DNA of 63,603 bases, filler included, from Reclinomonas americana ATCC 50394 (taxonomy: Eukaryota): NCBI GenBank assembly GCA_048213135.1. It is 3 parts of 2 records of this genome, joined end to end, with 100 filler letters (N's around TTAATTAATTAA, not from the genome) between each part and the next. Parts side by side here need not be neighbours in the genome. Positions count along the whole stretch, not along the records: positions 1 to 26,334 come from PS015025.1; positions 26,435 to 56,025 come from PS015025.1; 1 more part is not named here. One strand, given 5' to 3'. Every line of letters starts with the position of its first letter. The stretch's first letter is position 1. The notes under the pieces were generated by a model. That model saw nothing but the letters and a program-made list of their open reading frames with translations. It did no database searches and was not told the origin of the DNA. Shown here piece after piece: positions 26,288 through 38,000 of the stretch. Position numbers and translations under genes: made by a program.

Positions 26288-26378
26288 CTGCAAACAACAG
26301 TGAGCTCACCACCACCATCACCAGTCGCAAGTGTNNNNNNNNNNNNNNNNNNNNNNNNNNNNNNNNNNNNNNNNNNNN

Positions 26379-26390
26379 TTAATTAATTAA
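26379..26390. other. Artificial six-frame-stop scaffold linker
   Basis: TTAATTAATTAA flanked by 44 N on each side; identical to 56070-56081. Confidence 0.95.
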
Positions 26391-26462
26391 NNNNNNNNNN
26401 NNNNNNNNNNNNNNNNNNNNNNNNNNNNNNNNNNCACACACACACACTGCGTCAACAAACAG

Positions 26463-26789
26463 TATGTGGCGGCTCGCGAAGACTTTGAGCTGCTCAAGTC
26501 CACTGTGTTTGACTTGGTCATTTTTGGCAAGGAGGGCCAGCTGCGAGGTGACACTGGCAAGGTGCGTGCTTATTCTTTTCGTGGTTCCTATGCTTTTGCG
26601 TGTACTCACACGTCAGCGACACAGACACAATTCCCGTACATCACATGCAAGATGGACTCAACATTGTGGGACGTGCTGCGCAAGCTGGTGGCGACCCGTG
26701 TGCATCGCCTGGTGGTGTCGGATGGCTCCAAGCACTCAATTGGCGTCATCTCGCTGACCGACCTGGTGATGCAAATCTGCAAGGACTGA
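26463..26789 (+). CDS. CBS-domain protein, last exons (inverted segment of the gene at 27157-28508)
   Basis: ITCKMDSTLWDVLRKLVATRVHRLVV..IGVISLTDLV is the fourth CBS repeat and continues SVRDFK|YVAARE. Confidence 0.8.
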   Translation, partial: YVAAREDFELLKSTVFDLVIFGKEGQLRGDTGKVRAYSFRGSYAFACTHTSATQTQFPYITCKMDSTLWDVLRKLVATRVHRLVVSDGSKHSIGVISLTDLVMQICKD

Positions 26790-27156
26790 CGTGCCCGCCA
26801 ATGACGGGCGGCTCCTGTGTGCGGTTGTGGGCAGCAACAAGAGAAAAGAACCAAGAACGTGTAGTGAGGGGGAGGGAGGGGTGCAAAGAGGGAAGCGGCG
26901 AGCAGAGGGTGCACAATGATCCCGGTTTTTTGTTTTCTTTTTACGGTTCCCCTGTGGCGGAGAATGTGTCTGTGTGTGTGTGTGNNNNNNNNNNNNNNNN
27001 NNNNNNNNNNNNNNNNNNNNNNNNNNNNNNNNNNNNNNNNNNNNNNNNNNNNNNNNNNNNNNNNNNNNNNNNNNNNNNNNNNNNNNNNNNNNNNNNNNNN
27101 NNNNNTGAGATTCAAGAAAAAGAGAACAGATTGACGAGACGATGCTGCATGCGAAC

Positions 27157-28508
27157 CTTGAAGTCGCGCACAGACAGCACAGACGACATTTCACCGTCCT
27201 CATCGACGACCGGCAATGCAGACAGACCATGCGCACTCATGATCTGCATCGAAAAGGAGTGAGCATCCAGACTGCAATGGCGGGACGATCACAGGAGCAC
27301 ACCTGGAACGCGTGCACTGCCCTGTCCTCCTCCGACGCCGTAATCACATCCCGCACGGTGATAAAGTCATTGACCTGGTAAAATGGTGAGTGGACGGTTA
27401 CACGCAAGAGACAGCCCGCGACTCGCTCCACCCGACCTTCAGTGGTGAGTGCGTCAACACACTTTCGCACTTCTCCACGACAAGACGAATGACATCGGTG
27501 GCCGTCAGAATGTACACCAGGTGGCCGTCCCGATCGAAAATCGGCACACGCTTGGAGATGCTGAGTCCACGAGCCGCCTCCAACACTGTTTCTGTGTCGT
27601 GGTGCGCCACGAACGGGTTGCGACCCGAGTAGTCTGCACAACAGACAGTGCGTCAACACCTGCACCTCCCAGAGTCTAGCATCACAAGAGCACACCAGCG
27701 ACATCGCCGGCTTTTGTGTCCAGGAATTGACGTGCCAGCTCCTGGCTGCTGAGCTTCTCATCGGACACGGGATCCGCACCGTCACCTCCCAACACCTTCA
27801 TCGCGTACGCCAGCTGCACACATGCACACACACACAAACGAACAGTGAGTGACACCAGCAGCGACACACACACGACATGAAAACGCAGTTGAATGCACCA
27901 AATCTGCATCGACAAGGTGAGTGAGTGGAGGTGTGTGGGGATGGGGAAAATGCTCAATCACAACAAGCAAAGAGGCGACTCACCAATGTAGTCGAGGAAC
28001 TTCATTGAGCCGTCGGCAAACGTCACCGGAACACTTCGAATATCCTGCGCCACCCCACCTCTCACCATGAGCATGTGTGTTTGTCACGAAAGTATGCGTG
28101 TCACACGACTCACCTTCTCCACCAACACCTGTGAAGCAAGAGCGAGAGGCACACAAGTGAGAGCTCTTGTTTGACAACTGGGCACTCGAACACGCAGAAG
28201 TGCGCACACAGCAGAGTCTATTCCACTCACACACGCACACACAGAGAGGAAGACAGCGAGAGACAGAGAGGCGGGAAGAGAGAGAGACAACACAAAGACG
28301 CGCGCGCGCGTGCGTTTGATGGCGCGCACAATGTCCACACACTCTATTGCTCTTGCTCTTTGCTCTCACTTGCTCGTACTGCTCACACCTGCAGCGCATG
28401 GAGTACTGTGGTCGTCGACTGGATGGTCACGACGGCCGTATGTCGGTGCACCACCAAATCACGCACTGGCTTGGAGGCCAGAAACTCCTTCAACGCTGCA
28501 AACGACAT
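27157..28508 (-). CDS. Four-CBS-domain protein (SDS23/AMPK-gamma-like)
   Basis: VVTIQSTTTVLHALQVLVEKDIRSVPV, FLDYIDLL, KRVPIFD..ILTATDVIR, HGLSALPVVD...LSVRDFK. Confidence 0.8.
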
Positions 28509-28660
28509 TTGCTTCTCTCTCTAACGGTCTATGCACAACACAAGAACAAGCACGCACACGCAAAACAAACAACGCGCGTGTGAAAAAGATGCAGCACGAA
28601 AGAGGGGGCAGTTGACGTTTCAATCGATTGACGGAAGGCGCATCAATCAACTTCACAGGC

Positions 28661-29092
28661 ATGAGTGAGAAGGGCTCCTTTGACGAACGAGGGTATGTTG
28701 TCCTTCCGTGTGTGTGCGTGCTCTCTATCTCGTGCTGCATTTGATGCGCTGTGTGTGTTTGTGTGTGAGTGGCGCGTGCATGGAGCCATGTCAGACTTGT
28801 CACTCACACGCTCTCTCTCTCTCTCTCTCTACGTGTGTGTGCACGCACAGGTGGGAACGCACCGACTTTCCCATTCTTTGCGAAACATGCCTGGGCGAGA
28901 ACCCATACGTGCGCATGGTAAACACAGTTGGACTTCTTGTTTTTTCGCGCGCGCACACACAGACACTCACTCTTCCCCCCTTCCCTCCCCTCTTCTCTCT
29001 CTCATGCGCGATCAGTTGAAGGAGGAGTTTGGCAAGGCGTGCAAGATCTGCGATCGCCCGTTTACGGTGTTTCGATGGAAGCCCGGTCCCAA
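28661..29092 (+). CDS. RBM22: Pre-mRNA splicing factor RBM22/SLT11, 5' fragment
   Basis: [46 protein letters not shown]; remainder absent from the assembly. Confidence 0.9.
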
Positions 29093-29135
29093 NNNNNNNN
29101 NNNNNNNNNNNNNNNNNNNNNNNNNNNNNNNNNNN

Positions 29136-29678
29136 GGTCGTGCAGCCAACCAACCATCGCTCCCCGCACAGCTGTGTCGCGACCACCGCCACCGCCGCCG
29201 AGACCAGCGGCCACGTAGGATTTGCAATAATCGTATTCTGTTGTCTCTCTCTCCTTTCCCTCTCTCCCTCTCTCGGTTCTCCTTTGCATCCAATGATGAT
29301 TAAAAAAAGAGCAAAAGAAAGCCCCTTTGGTCAGGAAAGGCCTTGCAGAGTGGCTGTGCTATGAAAGGACAACGATCAGTGAGATTTAGGATATGTATAC
29401 CAGAACCTAGACGCACTGAAGTGTCCCGACAACAGGGGGTGGAACGACAAGACGAACGCACACGCACGCAGAAGAGAAGCTCGAGTCGTCGACGAGGAGA
29501 CGCGCCACTGATGCCCTGGGGCACGGGGAAAGCAACCTAGGCGCGGATCACTGAGCCAAGTGACCACACACCACAGAACACCCGACACATCATCCGACTC
29601 GAAAGAAAGTAGCACATGATAGAATAGGCCACGCTGGGCTCTAGCAGCGTCGGCCAGGACCACTCCAAACCCTCCGCC
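29136..29678 (-). CDS. Probable N-terminal exons of PSMD5 on an inverted segment
   Basis: YCKSYVAAGL...AVRGAMVGWLHD joins (H)FDSAPAVL at 29699 if one T is missing from a homopolymer; exon structure unclear. Confidence 0.4.
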
Positions 29679-29698
29679 NNNNNNNNNNNNNNNNNNNN

Positions 29699-31488
29699 AT
29701 TTGACTCGGCGCCGGCCGTGTTGCGCGCGCTGTTGCATGCACCGGACGGAAGCGGTGTCCAGTACATTGCGGCGGGTGCGTTCTCCCTCTTCCCCGCCTG
29801 CCTCTTGTGTCGCGTGTCGGCTCATCTCTCTTGCGGATTGCAGGCATGAACAGTGCAATGGTGGAGGTGCGGCGACTGGGCGCGCATGCCATTGCTCTCG
29901 GCTTTTCGTCGTCGGCCGAGGACATGGACGCTGTGGTTGCGTGGCCTGCAGAACGCTTCTTGTTGTAATATGCTGCATACTGATGTGTGATGCAGTTTGC
30001 CACCGACGCTATTCGTGTGTTGTGGGCGGCGTTCACCGACGGCGAGTTGTCCGTGCACAAGGAGGCCGACGCGTTCCTGTTGAAGGTGTGTGTGTGAAGT
30101 GAACGCTGTATATCACTGCTGTTCGTCTCATCATCGTTGTGTTGCTGCTCGATAGGTGTTGACGGAGCCTGCGCTGTTCGAGGTCTTTCACCGACGCGAG
30201 GAGGTGGTGCGCTACTTCCAAGAGTTGCTGTCGCCGCACGGCAGCAAGAGCGCACTGATGTTGTCGCTGCGCGGCATTGACGTGCTGCTGCGCGCGTCGC
30301 AATCCTCGGAGGCAGTGCTAAAGTAAGTCACGAAATCCTCTGGCGCGCACAAGGAAGACTACGTCTCATCATGGTGTCGTGTAGCTTTGCGATCGATGTT
30401 GGCATGATCACCGCGCTGACAGCGGGTGTGGCGTACGACGACATTTTGCATCCGGCGGCGTGCATGGAGCTCATTCAGCAGGTGGGTGTCTGCGTGATCT
30501 GACACCGTTCTCCCCCGACATTTGTGCCTCACCTCGTGCGTCTCGTGCGCAGGCGATCAACATTACACACGGCGGCGTTCCGCGTGGTCTGCAGCTGCTG
30601 GCCGAGACGGTGCGAGAGGCGACGTATGGCACGCTGTGCAAGTGGAGTCGCGAGTCGGTGCGTGACGAAGGGGAGCTTCCGATGGAGGCCACCTTTGGCA
30701 TGCCGTCGTTCCTGGACGCACTGTCAGCGTACTTTGCGCGTGTGGCCAGTGCGGATCCCACCGAGGAAACACGTCGTGAGTTGATGGCTGGCTTTGATGG
30801 CGTCTTTACGATGATTGGATCGCTGTGGAAGGCGGCAGCGACCGCACGCGAGCCGTCCATCAAGGTGTGTGGGTCTGTGCTCTTTTGGTGACGTCTCGTG
30901 TCAGGTTTACTGACGCGGGGGGAGACAGAATGGGTTGCTGGTGTGCCTGCGTGGATACTTGCACACGCGTGAGGCACTGGAGTTGCTGCGCGCTTCGCGT
31001 TCCGCCCAGGAGGTGGTCTCCGATGTGTTTTCTGTGCTGCAGGCCGGCCAGCGCGAGCAGGTCCGTCTCGTGGCCTGTGTCAATCTGGCACGCCTCTTTG
31101 AGGCACATGCCACGTTGCGTGGCGATGGCGAGAGAGTTTAGAGGGGTTGTGTTGCTCACGCCATGGTGTGCGCAGAGTCCCGCAAGTGTCTGAGGCCGAG
31201 CTGAAGAGTGTACTGTACGACCGACTGCCAGGCAAGCCGGTGCTGGCTGGTCTCCTCATTTCGTACACCACTCTCCCGTTTGCGGAGATCAAGGCGGCGA
31301 GCTTCGATGCCGTGCGAGTTGCGTTGCTCTCTGTCTCTCTCGTTTGCCGCACATCTGTCAGCCATTCCTCACTCATTCAGCATTGTGGTAGGCCTTGTGC
31401 TTGCTGCGGTTTGGCGCCGAGCACGTCATGGAGTACCCGGGATTCCTGCAGCGCATTCTCGATCGTGCACAAGACTCGTCGTCGGATG
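29699..31488 (+). CDS. PSMD5: 26S proteasome assembly chaperone PSMD5/S5b (Hsm3), central part
   Basis: Helical repeats with DDIL..AACMEL, LPFAEIKAASF, FGAEHVMEYPGFLQRILDR. Confidence 0.7.
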
Positions 31489-31548
31489 GTTTGATTGTTT
31501 GCTGAATCATCGCTTGTTGGTCTCGCTGNNNNNNNNNNNNNNNNNNNN

Positions 31549-31829
31549 GGTGTACGGTCTGTTTTGTTGTTCCATCGTTCTCTCTCACGTACACAGTGCT
31601 CAATTCTCACACACACGCGCGCGCCGCAGCTGGCGACGGTCGCAACGACTACTGCCCAATCAAGTTCCTCCGCCCGCACGTCACCAGCGCCGGCGGTCAG
31701 TTCGTGGCTCTGGCACGAGAGGGCTACGCACTGCGTCGACTCGACGCCGAGGCGCGATCGTGGACGACGGGCGACGACCTCTTTCGCGAGGTCAAGCTGT
31801 TTTTTGAGGACGCCGAGAGGAATGAATGA
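31549..31829 (+). CDS. PHOSPHO1/2-type phosphatase C-terminus on an inverted segment
   Basis: VVY|AGDGRNDYCP..AREGYAL..WTTGDDL (HAD motif IV). Confidence 0.85.
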
Positions 31830-31851
31830 CTCTTCTTCTTCTTGCTCTCCT

Positions 31852-32027
31852 TTACTGACCCGCACCGCCCGTGTCGACACGCATCTCCCGATTCGCTTCG
31901 ACAAAGAACACACCCTGCCGCACATACTCGGCCACACGGTCGGCCGTTGCTTGACCGACCACCTCCACCATGCGCTCAAAGTGTCGCTCACGCAACACTT
32001 GCAGCACGGAGAACTTCCATCGCAGAC
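31852..32027 (-). CDS. PSMD5: PSMD5 last exon on an inverted segment
   Basis: LRWKFSVLQ...AEYVRQGVFFVE...GQ* resembles the PSMD5 C-terminus. Confidence 0.65.
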
Positions 32028-32165
32028 CTGATTTCGCGTCGCGTGATCAGCAGCAGNNNNNNNNNNNNNNNNNNNNNNNNNNNNNNNNNNNNNNNNNNNN
32101 NNNNNNNNNNNNNNNNNNNNNNNNNNNNNNNNNNNNNNNNNNNNNNNNNNNNNNNNNNNNNNNNN

Positions 32166-33168
32166 ACTGGTCGAGCGGCGGCATCGGCCGGCAACAGTCG
32201 CTGTACGACCTCGCCCTTGCACAGGTTGACGGCACAGCCGGGGCAAAAATCGTTGTTGTGGTACGGCGTAATGACGAGGCGGTGCCGTGCGTCTGCAGCA
32301 CGCAGGTGTAAGTCGTGACAACTCAGAAGGGAGAGTGTTGAACAACGCAAGCACCATCGCCGTCGACAGGCACCCACTCGGTCGGATTCGTGTGAATCTG
32401 GTGCACGCAGTCGGCCACTCCATGGTGCTATCGTACACCGATCAGCAACGATAACAACAACAGCAGGCGCGCAAGCAAGGGCACAAAGTCCACCTGCAAA
32501 ATCTCGCTGATAAAGAACTGGTTGCTGTCGGAGACAATGTACGTCTCGGCGTCGACGCTGCGCAGCCACCGAAGCATCTCCACCACGGCCGGATTCTGTG
32601 TGTCCCCCCTCCTCTGCAATCAGCACGAAAGGAAAGGGCAAGGGGATCGCATAAAAGACCGACCATGGGCGTGGTGCGAATGGCACGACTGAAATCCGCC
32701 TGCTGGAAGCCCTCCTCGCACAGACGCGTTACGCCATAGTTCTGTTGCAAGCGGGCGAGTGAGTTGCGGAGTTGTGGAGCTGTGGAGGGATGGAAGGAGG
32801 GAGGTGTGTGCACCATCAGCTTGGTCCACTGCATGGTCGACACACGCTCCTCGACCTCGCGCAAGACAACATCCGGAGACAACTCCTGATCAGCGCGTGA
32901 GATGATGATGATCGTGTGTGCGTATGAGGGAGATGAGTGTGCGTGTGTGTGAGGCACCTTGAAGATCCACCGATCGGTGTTCTCATCGCTGAGGAGAGTG
33001 TGCGTGAGTTAGGGAGAGAGAGAGTTTGTGATTGAGTGAGAGAGTCGTGACGAAACACCAGAGTCCTGCAGCATGGTGAGCGTGAGACACAGGCGCAAAG
33101 TGTGAGTGAGTGCACCACACACACCAGTCAAAGTCGAAGATGGCGAGTGGGCGACGCGCAGCGGCCAT
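32166..33168 (-). CDS. HAD phosphatase, PHOSPHO1/PHOSPHO2 family
   Basis: IFDFDW, DENTD, WTKLM, IVSDSNQFFISEIL, IHTNP, CAVNLCKG. Confidence 0.88.
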
Positions 33169-33363
33169 GACAAAATCTTATCATCTTTCGGTCGACTGAT
33201 TGACGACGGATTGCAGAAGTGCATGCTGTACACTTGTCTCAGACGCACGGCTGCGGCAGTGATTGTGCGGGTAATACCGCTGCTCGCTCGCCGCTCGCCG
33301 CGATTCAATCATGAAAACGATAAGAAGGAAAGGGAGAGAGAAGATCCGGGCGATCCGTCGTCC

Positions 33364-34545
33364 TTAGCCGAACGAGACCTTGACGACGGTCGAGTCCTCG
33401 TCGACGTGCACGTTCATGCGCTCAGGGCGGTAGTCCTGTGGAGTGGGGGGAAAGGGAGGGGGAGGGTAAGGAAGAGAGAGGAACAGAAAGGCAGGCTGCG
33501 AGGTAATTATCTACAGGATGGACTGTGCGTGATGTAGGCTGCAGTGACGATCTACACTACAACTGCGCGTGCAGGAACGTAAGGGTGCGCTGAGTATGAT
33601 AAACTATCGTGCACTCGTATCACCTCTGGCAGTCTGCACTATGGCTGCGACCGCTGCATGTTGCCATGGAGATCTGGAACACACCGAGTGCGCTGGATAC
33701 GATCAACTCTTCAACAAGCGCGTGGATCCATGTCGCCTCGCGTGCAATCTCTGGCCTCTCTGACTGCTGTTGGTGGCGATGACCGTCTACGATACGATTG
33801 CACTTGCTGAACATCCGGGTACGATCAACTCTACCACTAGCACGTGGATCCATGTCGACGCGCTGGTAATCTGTGGCAACGACAACATCTCTCTGGCACT
33901 TCTGGCAATCATCTCTGAATGCAACTGCTCCTGCTCCTCACATCAAAGCCCGAAACCGACGATGCTCAACTGGAGAGTCAACACGATCGACTCACACACA
34001 CTCTTCTCTCACACCATCTACACATCATCAACCTGAGCCTGTTTCAAGACCTCACAATCACTTAATGATCCTTGTCAATCCGACGCGTGTAACAAGATCC
34101 TCTCTCTCTTCTCTATTCTCTCCCCTCTCTCTTCTCTCCTCTCCACTCACCATGGTCACCATCGTTCCCGGTCGCACCACGCGCGCGTTCTCCGGCAGCT
34201 CCTCGCGGTACACAAACGCCCGTCGATCAGAGTGCGTGCGCACCGCAGGCATCGGCGTCGTCACAAGCTTCTTGCCCACAAGCTCGTGCTTGTTGAACTG
34301 AGAGACAGGGAGAGAGAAAGAGAGCGCGTGAGATGGCCGCACAAACACCGGACATCTTTCTCTCACTTTCTTCTCGTCGCCCTCGTGCTCTCACGTCGTG
34401 CTCATTCTCCACTATGTGTGTGTGCGTGTGTGTTTGCGCGCACCGCACTGGACTCCATCACCGCCACGGCCATGAGCGCCACCAGCGCCATCAGCGCCAT
34501 CAACACAAACGAGCGTCTACGCGAAGAGGATAGTGACGTGCGCAT
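33364..34545 (-). CDS. Peptidase inhibitor I78 family with signal peptide; exons 34545-34444, 34297-34151, 33435-33364 (106 aa)
   Basis: Hydrophobic leader, then LVGKKL...LPENARVVRPGTMVTM|DYRPERMNVHVDEDSTVVKVSFG*. Confidence 0.85.
33510..34075 (+). mobile_element. Highly degenerate Ty1/Copia RNase H-like relic inside the 715-nt intron
   Basis: Ordered frameshifted motifs GLCVM, ALSMINYRAL, SALWLRPL, IALAEHP, NDNISLALL, HIKAR; internal ~60-nt direct duplication (~33696 and ~33818). Confidence 0.4.
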
Positions 34546-35042
34546 CGTGTGAGTGAGTGATTACTTGCGAGACACAGTGAGGGCGGAGAGAGGCGCTCAC
34601 CGCATTGTCTTTGAGAAAATCGTGTTTGTCCCACCGCGAGCCGCTCACGAACTGTCCATCATTGATTGTGTTTTGCGAGCGCGCGCCCAAGTTCCACGCA
34701 AACACACACGCGCGCGCACACCTCTCTCTCCCTCACACACACACACACACACTTGCACGTGTTGTTGTTGTAGTTGTTGTTGCAGTTGTTGAGCAACTGT
34801 TGTGTGCGAAAAGGTCGGTCAAAGTGACGCAGCTCTCTCTTTCTCTCTCTCGTCTGTCTCTCTCTTTCTCTTGTGTGTGTCTTGTGTGCGGCTGCATGTC
34901 TTCCACGTCACACGTGCACGCCCAACACGTGTGTTGTTCCTTTTGTGTGTTTTTTGGTTATTTTTTCGTTGTGTGGCATGTCTCTCACCCACTCTCGCAC
35001 ACACACATGCACACAGGCGCTCTTTTTTTATAACATTGCACC

Positions 35043-38000
35043 ATGTCGTACGGACGAGGTTTTGGCGCCGGTGGCGGTGGTGAGTCACTCCCCCAGCACT
35101 CGCACGTCTGTCTGCGTCCACATGCAACTGGTCTCTCACACACGCGCACACATTTATAGGCTTTGGGTCGACAATGACCAGCGGCTTTGGTGCTCGTAGC
35201 ACCATTGGTGGAGCGCCGTCGCGCTTTGGTGCGGGCGGTGGCAGTGTGAATCCATTTAGCACAGCGCCCAGTGGCTTTGGCGGCACGGGATCGGCGTTTG
35301 GTGGTGCGGGACGCGGTGCCGGTGGATTCGGTGCCAGCACGGGCGGCTATGGTGCCGCCAGTGGTGGAGGCTTCGGCATGGGTGCCTCGACTGGCGGCTT
35401 TGGCCGCGGAGGCACCACGGGCGGAGGCTTTGGCGCTGCTGCTGGAGGTGGCGGTGGTGCTGCGGGCGGCGGGAGCTTTGCTGGACGCGGCCGTGTGGGC
35501 ACAGTTGGCTACCAGTTTGCAGGTGTGCGAGACCTGGATGGGAACAACAAGGTGTGTTGTGGTGATGGCGCTGTGTTGGCTCTTCTTTCGTCTCACTCTC
35601 TTCCCTGCACTTGTAGGTCACTCTGCACACAATTAGCGCCGACGCGGGCTTTATGAATCGATCGCTCGAGGAGTTGCGCATGGAGGACTACGCGCAGGGT
35701 CAGTACGTCTCTGACACGGGTGAGTTCTTTGTTGCTGTTTTTGTGGATTGCATATCTTGTCGCTGTGCTCACGTCCTCTGCAGCTGGATTCCCCGCAAAT
35801 GGCGGCTTCCAGAACACCACCTCTGGCTTTGGCGGGGCCAGCACAAGTGGCTTTGCGCAGTCCGGAGCCGGCTTTGGTGCCAGTAGCGGCGGCGGTTTTG
35901 GCCGTGGTACCTCCTTTGGAGCCAGCTCTGGCGGCTTTGGTGCCGGTCGTGGCGGTTTTGGCGCAACGGGCGGCTATNNNNNNNNNNNNNNNNNNNNGGC
36001 GCGTCGTCTGGTGGTTTCGGTGGTGCTGGACGTGGCTTTGGCGCTTCATCAGGTGCCGGCTATGGTGCCAGCAGCGGTGGCTTTGGCGGCGCCGGTCGCG
36101 GATTCGGTGCGGCCTCTGGCGGCGGCTACGGAGCCTCCGGCAGCACGTTTGGTGCCGGCCGCGGATTCGGTGCGTCTGGCGGTGGCTTTGGTGCATCGTC
36201 TGGCGGATTCGGCGGTGCCGGCCGTGGATTTGGCGCTGCCTCGGGTGGCGGCTTTGGCGCCAGTGGTGGCGGCTTTGGTGCCGGTCGCGGTTTCGGTGCC
36301 GGTGCGTCGGGCGGCGGTTTCGGTGCCAGCGGCGGCGGCTTTGGTGCCGGTCGTGGGTTCGGTGCCGGCGCGTCGGGTGGCGGCTATGGTGCCAGCGGCG
36401 GCGGCTTTGGCGCTGGCCGCGGATTCGGTGCCGGTGCGTCGGGTGGTGGCTTTGGTGCCTCCAGTGGCGGCGGCTTTGGCGCCGGTCGCGGTTTCGGTGC
36501 CGGCGCGTCGGGTGGTGGCTTTGGCGCTGGCCGCGGATTCGGTGCCGGCGCCTCGGGTGGCGGCTTTGGTGCCAGTGGCGGTGGCTACGGTGCCAGCGGT
36601 GGCGGCTTTGGTGCTGGTCGCGGCTTTGGTGCGTCGGGCGGTGGCTTTGGCGCATCGGGCGGCGGCTTTGGCACGGGTGCCAGTGGCGGTGGCTTTGGTG
36701 CCGGTCGCGGTTTCGGCGCACAAGGCACTGGTGGTGGTTTCGGCAATGGCGGCATGGGTATGGGCGGCGGCTACGGCTACGGTGGCATGCAGCAGCAGCA
36801 GTACAGCATGCCGTTTGCCAAGCTGAACGAGGGCCTGTACGGCATCCAGGCCGGTGCCAATGGTCAGCAGCAGGCGGGGGCCACTGCGCCAGCCACGCAG
36901 CCGGTGGCCGCCGCTGCGTCCTCTACTGCGGCTGCCGCGGCGCCGGCTGCCGAAGAGACGCCCACTGTGCGCGCCTTGTCGGTCGCACACTCTATTCGTC
37001 GCTCGGCCAGTCGCCCGCTGCCGCGCTCGGCCCGCAAGCCGAGTGTGATGGCCAGCAAGATCTCCGAGAGCAGTGCCGCCGATTCGCAGAGCAACATGCT
37101 GCAGAGTGCGCGACCGACCTCGGCGTCGGCCGTCTCGTTGCTGCTGCTCTCGCCGGAAGGTGGTTCCTCCATGTCTGGCAACGTCTCCAGCAGCCTGCAG
37201 AGTGGCAGCCTGCTCAGCAGCATGAACGGGAGCATCAATCGACCGGTCAGCGNNNNNNNNNNNNNNNNNNNNNNNNNNNNNNNNNNNNNNNNNNNNNNNN
37301 NNNNNNNNNNNNNNNNNNNNNNNNNNNNNNNNNNNNNNNNNNNNNNNNNNNNNNNNNNNNNNNNNNNNNNNNNNNNNNNNNNNNNNNNNNNNNNNNNNNN
37401 NNNNNNNNNNNNNNNNNNNNNNNNNNNNNNNNNNNNNNNNNNNNNNNNNNNNNNNNNNNNNNNNNNNNNNNNNNNNNNNNNNNNNNNNNNNNNNNNNNNN
37501 NNNNNNNNNNNNNNNNNNNNNNNNNNNNNNNNNNNNNNNNNNNNNNNNNNNNNNNNNNNNNNNNNNNNNNNNNNNNNNNNNNNNNNNNNNNNNNNNNNNN
37601 NNNNNNNNNNNNNNNNNNNNNNNNNNNNNNNNNNNNNNNNNNNNNNNNNNNNNNNNNNNNNNNNNNNNNNNNNNNNNNNNNNNNNNNNNNNNNNNNNNNN
37701 NNNNNNNNNNNNNNNNNNTTGCGCCTGCTGCGCCTGCTGCTGCTGCTGCGCCGCCGCCGTTGTTGCTGTGGTTGTTGTCGTCTCCTCCTCCTCATCGTCC
37801 TCCAGGCCGTAACGCGAAAAGTGCTTGACCGAGAACTCCCACGTGCCCGAGCTGGCATCGTACGAGATGAATGTGGCATCCTGCTCGCGCAGCACTGTCT
37901 TCAACTTCTCCTCGTAGGCGGCGGCGGCAGACGCCTTGCGGGGCTTCACGCCAAACAGCTGAATGTGCGCCCGCTTGTTCAACCCGTGACCGACCTCCGG

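Noticed and set aside
26335..26434. TTAATTAATTAA palindrome, repeated at 56070, as a biological site (e.g. piggyBac TTAA target)
   Set aside because: Identical N44 flanks and stops in all six frames mark it as an artificial concatenation linker; synteny across it is meaningless.
35651..36990. Long overlapping ORFs on both strands over the FG repeats
   Set aside because: Shadow ORFs of a GC-rich repetitive coding region.
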